Source: Prasinococcaceae sp. CCMP 1430
Lineage: Eukaryota > Plantae > Prasinodermophyta
Assembly (NCBI GenBank): GCA_013416795.1
Contig: RQSC01000020.1
Coordinates: 533,763 to 568,684 of the forward strand
Direction: 5' to 3'
DNA length: 34,922 nucleotides
Shown here: positions 19,925-28,472 of the stretch, one piece after another
Layout: every line of letters starts with the position of its first letter
Position numbering within the stretch: the stretch's first letter is position 1
Notes under the pieces: model-generated
What the model saw: only the letters and a program-made list of their open reading frames with translations
Database searches by the model: none
Told to the model about the DNA's origin: nothing
Translations under genes and position numbers: made by a program

Positions 19925-22900
19925 ATGGCGTCGGGGGCGGCGGAGAGCCTCATCCTCGAGGAGGAGATCGACGAGAACTACGAGCCCACGCGCGATGAGA
20001 TCGTCGAGTACGCCAAGTGGATGGGCATGGACCCCGAGCGCGAGTCCGAGCTGCTGTGGATCGCGCGGGAGGGCCTCAAGGCCCCGCTACCGGAGAACTG
20101 GAAGCCATGCCGCTCGCCCGACGGCGAGATTTACTACTTCAACTTCAGCAACGGCGAGAGCGTGTGGGACCACCCGTGCGACGAGTACTACCGCAACATG
20201 TACGCCGAGGAGAAGAAGAAGCTCGAGGAGAAGCGCCAGACGGGCGGCGCGGCTGCCACGCAGCAGGGCAAGGAGCAGAAAGACCGCGGGGCTGCCGAGC
20301 GGCAGCAACGCGAGCGCGACGCTGCCGGCGCGACGGCGGCGACGGTCGAGAAGGCCAACCCCAGCGGCACGCTCGGGGCGCTCAAAGCGCCCCTCGGTGC
20401 GTTGGGGAAGAAGGCGCTTCCCGGACTGGATGATCTCGGCGGCAGCTCGTCTGGGACTGCACCATCGTTGCAAACCTTAAACAGCAGCTCCTCTGCGCCT
20501 GGCCTGGGCTTGAAGGCGTCCATCGGAAGCAGCGCCACCGGCGGTGGGTCTGGCACGCTTGGCCTTGGCTTCGGCAGCAGCGGCGCCAGCGGCTCGGCCT
20601 CCGCGGCCTCGCGCAGTGGCGCATCGGTCGCTTCGGGGGCTGAGGCAGCGGGCGTCGCTGCATCGACGGCGAAGGCAAAGGAGGCGGCAGCAGCGGAGGC
20701 TGACAAGGCTGCGCGGGCCGACTTCGATAAGCGCCTCTTCCAGGAGCGTCAGCTGTGGGAGGAGCGCCGCACCGCGGAGGATCGCACGGCTCGGGAACGA
20801 TTGTCCAAGGACCTCGACGACTCGCTGGCGCGTTTCAAGCGCGAGAGGGAGGAGGAGGTCGATACGCAGCGCCGCAGGCTCGCGGAGGTCCGCGAGGAGG
20901 GTGCTGAGCGCCTCAAGCGTGAGCGAGAGCGTGTCGAGGCCGAGACGAAGGCCAAGTGTGCTGAGATCGAAGCCGCCGCCAAGCGGCGCCTGAAGGCGCT
21001 GGAGCAGGAGCGGGAAGAGGCTATCGAGAGACAGGCTGAGGAGGGCAAGGCTCTCGCCGACCGCTCGCAGCGCCGCCTGGAGCAGCTGCAGCGTGACCAC
21101 GATGACGCCGAGCGCCGCGCGCGCGAGGCGAAGGAGCGCGCTGCCGCCGATGCCGATGCGGCCGAAAGGGCGGCCCAAGAGGCGGCGCGGGCGGCCGAGA
21201 AGGGACGCAAGGCGGCGCTGGAGGAAGCCAAAACCAAGATGCAGGCCGAGGTCGAGATGGAGGTGGCCAAGCTCAAGGCCAAGTCCACAGACGACGCGCT
21301 TGCTGACTGCGAGGCCGAGAAGGCGGCCGCGCTGGCGAAGCTCACGGCCGACTGGGACGCCAAGCTGCGAGCTGCTGAGGAGGAAGGCGCCGCAAAGCTG
21401 AGGCAAGCGGCATCAGATGACACCGACAAAAAGACGGAAGCCGCCGCTCTCGTCGCCGGTGCCCAGGCGGACGCCGAGTCAGCTCTTGGCAAGGTGCGCG
21501 CCGACAGTGAGGCCGCCATCGCGCGTGCGCGAGCGGAAGCCGCTGAGCGGATGGCGCAGCTTGAGGCGGAAGAAGCCCGGCGCGTCGCCGAGCGTCGTGC
21601 AGAGATCGACGCGCGCGTTGCTGCCGTCGTCGCCACAGAGGGCAGACAAGCATCTGCTGCTCCTGCCGAGGATCTCACGGCGGCGGCGCAGGCCGAGCGC
21701 GAGCGCGTGCTCGTCGATGCTCGCAAGAGCGCCGAGGCGGAGGCGGCTAAGCTGCGCGAGCAGGTGCTGAACGAGGCCAAGAGCGCGGCGGCCGCGTTGC
21801 AGCGCGACGCGGAGGCTGCCGCGCAGCGCGACGCGAGCGAGTACCGCGAGGCGGAGATCTCCAGACTTAGGAAGGGTCAGTGCGCGAGCCCGCGAAGCGG
21901 CACCAGTGCGCGAGCGCGTGCCGCCTCGTTGCTGACGCGTGCGTCCCTCACGTGTGCGCTCGTGTGCGCTTGCAGATGCGGATACTGCCGCGCGTGCGGT
22001 GGTCGCGGCGCACAAGGAGGCCGAAGTGGCGCGCCTGCGCGCAAATATCGAGGTGGAGGCTGCACAGCTCGCATCGAGCTTGCGCGCCGAGCGCCTGCAG
22101 GCTGTCGAGGCCGAAGTCGACGCCGAAGTTGCCGCAGCAAGCAAGGCCGCTCGTGACAAGCACATCAGAGCTCTCGAGGCGCAGGTCGAGGCGGAAGCCT
22201 CTGCCACCCTTGAGCGCGAGCGCACTGAGCGCCTCGCGGCCGTGCGCCGCGAGGTGGAGGCCGCCGAGGCTGCCGCTCGCGCCGAGGCCGACGCGCGTCT
22301 CTCGGCGCTCCGCTGCGAGCTTAACGCTCGCGTGGCAGCCGCTGACGCCAGGGCTGCCGCGCGTTCCGCTGATGTGTCGACGCGCGACGCCTCCGCTGGC
22401 GATGCAGCGGTCGCCGCAAATGACGGGCTCGTGGGTGCGCCTGCATCAGAGGCTTCGAACGAGGCCTCCACAGCAGACGTGCCGACGACCGCGGCTGCGC
22501 ACGGGCCGCCCCTGGAGCGCGTCACGCGCGCGCTGCAGCGCGAGGCGCGTCTCGCGGCCGATGCGGACGCAGACGCGGGCGCCACAGCGGCGCTCGAAGG
22601 CCGCGCGCGCCGCAAGCCTGCGCGGTACAGAGGTGGCAGGCGGGCTGAGAGGGGCGCGCGCGGTGGCATCGAGCTCGAGTCGACCTTCCACAGCTCCGAC
22701 GGATCAGAATCGCTCGCCGAGGACAGCAATGATGGTGCTGCGGGCGACGATCTCGATGCGAGCGCGCTCGAGTCACCCCGTCTGTACCACTCCGATTCGG
22801 AGCTCGACACGTCTGCAATCGGGCTCACTGGTGTGGGAGGGTGTGTGGCGAGGAAGGCCGCGGCAATGTGGGCCGACGAGGCGGAGGAGGCCGCCCTGCG

Positions 22901-23811
22901 CGCGGCACGTGCACACCTCCGCCGCCAGCGCCGTTCGGTGCGCCGCCGCCAGGCCCTCCTCGAAGAGGCGCGCAGCGACTGGCGGCTTGCTCGCCGCACC
23001 CTCGAGGCCGAGCTCGCCCACACGGGCGCCGCCGGCGCGGCTAGTGCGCAAGAGGGCCGTCGCTTGCTGCGCGCTGCGCGCGACGAGCTCGAGCGCAAGG
23101 CGTCGCGCCTCAACCGCGACGCCACCGAGCTGCAGCGAAACACCCAGGCAGTGGCGCGCCGGGCGGCGGCGGCCGCCGCCTTCCGCAGCGCGCGGCACGT
23201 CGCGGGTAGGGCGCCGCACATCGACGACTTCGGCATCGGCATGGGGCCAGGTGCGCAGGAGCGTGCGTGCTAGGACCAGGGGGCGCGCCATTCCCGCCGT
23301 GCGTGTGTGCGCCTGCAGCCTGCGTCCTGACACACTCACCGACGCCGCCTCGCTTGCAGCCTACCCGACATACGGCGGCGCGCGCCTCGCGGCGTCGCTC
23401 CCGTTGCCAACGCCGCGCGGCGCCGCCGATGGCTCCCTGCGCGCCTCTACCGACGGAGTCGCCGCCGCGCTGGGTGCGGCGCTCGCGAGCCGCCGCAGCA
23501 GCGGCGGCACGCGCGCGGCCCTTGCGGACACCTCCAACGTGGGCCGCCCGCGCTGCGGCCCGGCGCTGGTGAGCGAGCTCGGGCGGTGGGCGAGCGCGCG
23601 GGAGTCGCAAAAGCAGGCCCTCGGCGCGCACGTGGCGTGGCTCAAGGCCTTCAGCGGGCAGATTCGCAGCACCAGAGCGCACGGCGAGGGCAGGGTGGCG
23701 CTCGGGGCGCCGGGGCGCGCGCGCTCGCCCGCAGCGGCCGGCGAGTCGCGCGTCGACCTTGACGACTCCAATGAGATCATCATCCGCGTGCAGCGCAAGA
23801 TGCTGCGGTGA
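19925..23811 (+). CDS. CEP164: Centrosomal protein CEP164-like (N-terminal WW domain + long coiled coil); exons 19925-21875, 21976-23250, 23360-23811
   Basis: ILEEEIDENYEPT..EIVEYAKWMGMDP..E.ELLWIAREGLKAPLPENWKPC...GEIYYFNFSNGESVWDHPCDEYYR is the characteristic CEP164 N-terminus; two phase-1 GT-AG introns. Confidence 0.9.
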
Positions 23812-23913
23812 GAGGTCCAATGGCGGCGGGGGGGCGCGGCGGTAGTAACAGTGATTGCATAGTATACATACATGCACGCGAGCGCGAGCGCGCAAGGAGC
23901 GCACGGCAGCCTG

Positions 23914-24540
23914 TCAGCCCGGCGCGCGCGCCTCCGCTCCGACGCTCTCCTCCTTGTCGACGTGGTCGAGCGTGGCGACGAAGGCCTCGACCGAGCCGAA
24001 CCGCGCCGGCACGGCGGGCAGCGCCCGCGCGCTCAGCAACGCGGGCGCATCACGGCACGCGCGCGAGACGTCGGTGCCCTCGGGCAGTCGCGCGGAGAGA
24101 TGGGCAAGGCGCGCCACCACGGATTCCGCCGGCACCTCGAGCAGCTGCGGGCGCGTCACCGCGCGTGCGAAACGGGGGAGAGGGGAGCGAGGCGCGTTGG
24201 GACGCGCGTGTCAAGACGCGCGCGTACCCACCAGTGGCATGCGCGCGCGCCCGCGGCGAGCGCAGGCGCGCGCGCTCCTCACGTCCGGCGCCCTGCAGAC
24301 GATCATGGGCACGTCGAGCTGCGGTGCGAAGCGCAGCAGGCGGCGCACGCGCGCCTCAATGGCGGCCTCGTCGCGCAGCGGCGAGCCGCGTGCCGAGCGC
24401 GCCACGCGCCGCCGGCAGCCGCTGTCACCCGTCCAAATGCGCCAGAAGCGCGCGACCGACGCCTCGGCGTCCACTTCCCACGCCGCGCAGTACGTGTCGC
24501 TGCCGCTGCTAGCGACGGCCACGCTGCCGCCCCCGCCCCG
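23914..24540 (-). CDS. mTERF-like repeat protein, 5' end unresolved; exons ?-24283, 24144-23914
   Basis: Phase-0 intron 24282-24145 gives RVRRLLRFAPQLDVPMIVCRAPDLLEVPAESVVARLAHLSARLPEGTDVSRACRDAPALL, two DV..(MI/AC)...P.LL repeats. Confidence 0.55.
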
Positions 24541-24550
24541 CCGCCGCGCG

Positions 24551-27343
24551 ATGGCGGACGCGGGCGAGGCGGCGCTGAAGCGCGAGCTGTACACGTCGCT
24601 GCGCGGCGCGGGCGTCGTAAACCGCCTGCGCACCACGCTGCGCGCGGAGATCGTCGGAAGGCTGCGTCGGCGCGAGAGCGGATGGCTCGCCGACGGCGAC
24701 GCGTCCGTGCCGCCCACGCTGCAGCGCAGGATAGTTGACTCGCTCTTCGTGGAGTACCTGCGTGAGCGCGGCCTCGAGTACACGCTCTCGGTCTTCATGC
24801 CAGAGAGCGGCTTGCCCGCCGAGCACGCGTTGCCGCGCGACGACATGGTGAGCCTCCTCGGCGCGCACGCGAGCGCGGCACTCGCCGCGCCCGCCCTCGA
24901 GGGTCCCGGGGGCGGCGAGGGCGCGCTGCCCGACGGCTCGCTGGCGACGTGCCTCGTGGCCGCCATGCACAAGCAGTACTCTGCCGCGGGCGACGCGTCC
25001 ACGCAGACAGATGACCTGGACGTGGGCGGCCGCGTCGAGCGCGAGCTGGAGGCCGTCGAGCGCATGTACGAGGCGCGCAAGGCCGCCGAAGCGACGGTGC
25101 CCTTTGCCGCGCTCGAGCAGCGCATGGCTGAGTACCAGGCGGAGTGCGACCGCCGCGTCAAGGAGGAGGTCGCCGCGGGCGTGGACCGCGTCCGGCAGAT
25201 CGAGGTGGGGGCAGCGCGCATTGCCGAGGCGGAGGTGCAGCGCAAGGCGCTCGAGGCACGGCGCGAGGAGCTCGACCGCGTGGCGGCCGAGCGCCTCAAG
25301 ACACTGCACGAGCGCGAGGAAGCCGCCGCGGACAGGCTCAAGCGCAAGGAGCGCGAAATGGAGGCCAGGGCCGCGGAGCACAGGGCGCACATCGTGTCAG
25401 ACAAGGAGCGCCTGCGTGCGAGGGAGGAGGAGCTCGCGCGGGAAGCGCAGCTCCAGCGCCAGCTGCAGGATGCCGAGCGCGCGCGCCTTGCAGAGCGCGA
25501 GCACTCCCTGGAGCGCCGCGAAGAGGAGGCGGGGCGCGCGCTCGCCGACGCGAAGGCGGAGGCGTCGCTGTCCAAGACGGTTGGGCGCGCCGAGCTGGAC
25601 CGCGAGTTCGCCAGCAAGGCATCGACTCTGCAGCTCGACCGCGCACACTTCGAGGTCGAGCTCGCGCGCCTAAACGCAACCAAGGAGGCGCATTCGGTGG
25701 AGCTGGCGTCGGCGCGTGCAGACCGTGAGGCTCTGCTTGAGGCACAGGAGGAGCTGGCGGCCGCGCGCGGCCGCGCGGAGATGCTCCAGACGGAGCTCAC
25801 TGCCTCGCGCGCGGAGCTCAGCGCCATACGCGCCGGCGCCCCAGCGTCGGGCGGCACCGATGCCGGTTCTCGCCTCGCACTGCTCGCCGAGGAGGCGTCC
25901 GCGGCGAACCAGGCGCTAGTGAGCGAGCAGCAGGCGCTTTTCGCCGAGCGGCAGAAGCGCAAGGCGGCCAAGGCAGCCTTTGCCGCTGAGCGCGACACGC
26001 TCCGCGCGGAGCTCGCGCGCCATCGCCAGGCACAAGCGGTGTGGCACCAGGAGCGTGCGGCCTGGGAGCGGCAGCTTGATGCCGCGCGCGCGGCGACCGC
26101 TGCAGCTGAGGGCGAGAAGAAACTCGTGTACGACCAGAAGGAGGAGCTCACGCGTAGGCTCGAGGAGCTGCGTCTCGACCTCGCGGCGGCTCAGCGTGAC
26201 CTAGAGAGCGGCAGGACCTCGTCCGTGGCCAGTTACGCTGCGCAACTGGCCGGCGTGGGCGCGCGCGCGACTGCGCAAGCCGCCGCATCGGCACCGCGCA
26301 CGGCGCCCGCGCCGGCTGCCGCTGAGGACACAGTACACGCAGCAGATCGCCCTGCGACCGCGCGGCAGCCTGCAAAGCACGCCGCTTTCACTGGCATCAT
26401 GGCCCGCCTAGAGGCGCTCGAGGAGTGTGAGCGGGGCAACGCCATCTCAACGCAGGAGTTCCGGGTGCGGCTGGAAGCCACCCGCCGGCGCGCAAAGGAA
26501 CTCCGCGAGGGCGCCGCCAAGGAATCGGCTGACTCGATTGTGGACCAGCTGCGCTACACCCTCGCTGAGGAAGGCATCGAGCACGGCGAAACCAGCGAGG
26601 AGACGCTCTCGGACGACCTCGTCGAGGGACCAGGGCACAAGCACACCGCCGAGAGCCCTGCCGGCGCGAGCGTCAACAACTTCTTCATCGTCGGTGGGGG
26701 GAGCGGCAGCAGTGGCGGTGGAGCCGACGGAGCGCGCGCGGTCGGGGCGCAGGCGCAGCAACAAGCGGCGGCCGGGACGCCAACCTCGCAAGAGCGAAGC
26801 ACCGAGCCGGAGGCGGCCACAGAAGGCGCTCCTGGGGAGAAGGAGCCGCAGGTGCTTGCGGGGGGCTCGTCGTCGATTCCTCCACTGATTTCTCCTGAGA
26901 GCGAGGCCCCGCTGCCACCGCTGCGATCTGATGCGCGGTCGCCCGAGCCGGTGCCGGCGCCCGCAGCGGCGGCGAAGCCCTCCAAGTCGCCGCCGCAGTC
27001 GCCTGCCGCTTCCTCAGCGCAGGCGCCGGCGCCGGCGCCCGTCGTTATGAGCCCGCCGCCGCCCGCGCCAGCTGCGAGCGACACAAGTGCTACGACTAGC
27101 AGCGGCATCCCCAGCGAGATCAACGAGTCGGTGCCTAGCATCGTCAGCGAGGCCATTGACTACGACAACGAAGCATACATGAGTGACGGGCAGGCTGACG
27201 AGCCCGCTGCGGGCTCGGCGGCGCTCTCTGTTGGCGGAGTCGGCGCCGGCTACGCCGAGGACGAGCCGCTCGTCGAGACGTACGAGGAGCCGATGGATGA
27301 CATCGGCGTGTCGCCTGCGCGCTCGGAAGCGTCCGACTGGTGA
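24551..27343 (+). CDS. OFD1: Oral-facial-digital syndrome 1 protein homolog (TOF/LisH + coiled coil), single exon, 930 aa
   Basis: LKRELYTSLRGAGVVNRLRTTLRAEIV, DSLFVEYLRERGLEYTLSVFMPESGL (LisH), STQTD, LEQRMAEYQAEC...IEVGAARIAEAE, then coiled coil and acidic tail. Confidence 0.85.
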   Translation: MADAGEAALKRELYTSLRGAGVVNRLRTTLRAEIVGRLRRRESGWLADGDASVPPTLQRRIVDSLFVEYLRERGLEYTLSVFMPESGLPAEHALPRDDMVSLLGAHASAALAAPALEGPGGGEGALPDGSLATCLVAAMHKQYSAAGDASTQTDDLDVGGRVERELEAVERMYEARKAAEATVPFAALEQRMAEYQAECDRRVKEEVAAGVDRVRQIEVGAARIAEAEVQRKALEARREELDRVAAERLKTLHEREEAAADRLKRKEREMEARAAEHRAHIVSDKERLRAREEELAREAQLQRQLQDAERARLAEREHSLERREEEAGRALADAKAEASLSKTVGRAELDREFASKASTLQLDRAHFEVELARLNATKEAHSVELASARADREALLEAQEELAAARGRAEMLQTELTASRAELSAIRAGAPASGGTDAGSRLALLAEEASAANQALVSEQQALFAERQKRKAAKAAFAAERDTLRAELARHRQAQAVWHQERAAWERQLDAARAATAAAEGEKKLVYDQKEELTRRLEELRLDLAAAQRDLESGRTSSVASYAAQLAGVGARATAQAAASAPRTAPAPAAAEDTVHAADRPATARQPAKHAAFTGIMARLEALEECERGNAISTQEFRVRLEATRRRAKELREGAAKESADSIVDQLRYTLAEEGIEHGETSEETLSDDLVEGPGHKHTAESPAGASVNNFFIVGGGSGSSGGGADGARAVGAQAQQQAAAGTPTSQERSTEPEAATEGAPGEKEPQVLAGGSSSIPPLISPESEAPLPPLRSDARSPEPVPAPAAAAKPSKSPPQSPAASSAQAPAPAPVVMSPPPPAPAASDTSATTSSGIPSEINESVPSIVSEAIDYDNEAYMSDGQADEPAAGSAALSVGGVGAGYAEDEPLVETYEEPMDDIGVSPARSEASDW

Positions 27344-27470
27344 GGCTACGCATAGTGTGCTGCGCTGCGGAAATTGTTACACAATCGCATCGCCAAGCAC
27401 TGTTGCCAGTACAGGGAGCACATGCGCGCATGCGCGCCTTGCCACCGCTTGACGCGCCTGCCCAGGTGCG

Positions 27471-27983
27471 TCAGCCCCACGCGGGCGTTGTCGCGTACTG
27501 AAAGACAAGTTTCCCCCCAGTGCCGTAGCTGTCGAAGAGGTCGCCCAACAGGCGGTCTGCCGCCGGTTGAAATGTGGAGGCAATGTACAGATAGACCGCG
27601 TCCTTCTTGACGTTCTTGCGCACGAAGTCAGCCACCTTTGCGACGCGGTCCGTGGCGTTGACCTTGAATTTGGACTGCTTCAGAATGGGCGCATCGCCCG
27701 TCGCCTTGAGCAGCACCACCACCTTGCCACCCTCGCAAGCGCTGCTCAAACGCTGCGCAGCGTCGGCTGCGCCGTGGCCATCGCTCGAGGGGCTTTCCCC
27801 ACCAGCCCCTTGCTGCTGCCCGCCCTCCACGTGCCGTTGTCGTAGTTCGCCGTCTGCGTCGTGCGGCGCCTGGGCGCCCGCGCCATCCTCTCCTGCGCCC
27901 TCCTGCGGTCCAGCCCCTTCGTGCCCCGCGCGCTCCGCCACGCCCTTGTCGATGCCCTCAGCCAATACCGCATCCTCCGTCAT
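27471..27983 (-). CDS. ATG12: Ubiquitin-like autophagy protein ATG12, intronless
   Basis: KVVVLLKATGDAPILKQSKFKV...VYLYIASTFQP...GKLVFQYATTPAWG with C-terminal Gly. Confidence 0.95.
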   Translation of the reverse strand: MTEDAVLAEGIDKGVAERAGHEGAGPQEGAGEDGAGAQAPHDADGELRQRHVEGGQQQGAGGESPSSDGHGAADAAQRLSSACEGGKVVVLLKATGDAPILKQSKFKVNATDRVAKVADFVRKNVKKDAVYLYIASTFQPAADRLLGDLFDSYGTGGKLVFQYATTPAWG

Positions 27984-28472
27984 CCCGATAAGAGAGCGGA
28001 CGGGCGAGCGCGCGAGAGCGAGCCGTGCTGCTGCGCCCTCGAGGCGCCGCGCCGCGCCGCTCCGTGCTGTGGCCAAAGAGGCTCCACGAGACAACCTCCC
28101 ACGCGCCAACCCCCCCCCTTGTACGTTGGGATCCGACGGACACGCCTCGTGTCACGACTTGGACAGCTCCCCGCCCCGCCCGCCTTCCACGCACACACAG
28201 ACACACGCGCGGGCCCTCTGCCCCTCCTAAGCCACCGTTGTTGCCGATTCCCTGCCCCCTCCGCGCCGTCCTGACCTGCCCCGGGAGCTGCCCCGGGCGA
28301 GCGCGCGGCGCCCTCGCTGTGGCACCCGGGCTGGTGCGGCCTGCGCTTTTCGTGCTACGAGGCCCGCCCTCGCCACCCAGTGGGGTGCGCAAGCGTGCGG
28401 GTGCGCCGCTGCGGCAGTGCGCCACTGCGCCCGCGGTGGGCGCGGGCGCAGCGGGCGCTGCGGGCGCCGGCG

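Noticed and set aside
23806-23813. General pattern of stop codons within GTGAG donor-like sites (CEP164, OFD1, VTT, SDR)
   Set aside because: Expected by chance from G-ending codon + TGA + G in a GC-rich genome; no intron-like sequence follows in these cases
343-24282. Introner elements
   Set aside because: Introns share composition but no alignable sequence, terminal inverted repeats or target duplications by eye
20188-27156. Long antisense S/A/R-rich ORFs opposite CEP164 and OFD1
   Set aside because: Shadow frames of GC-rich coiled-coil codons; only the 3' part of 24211-26151 is kept for the mTERF-like gene
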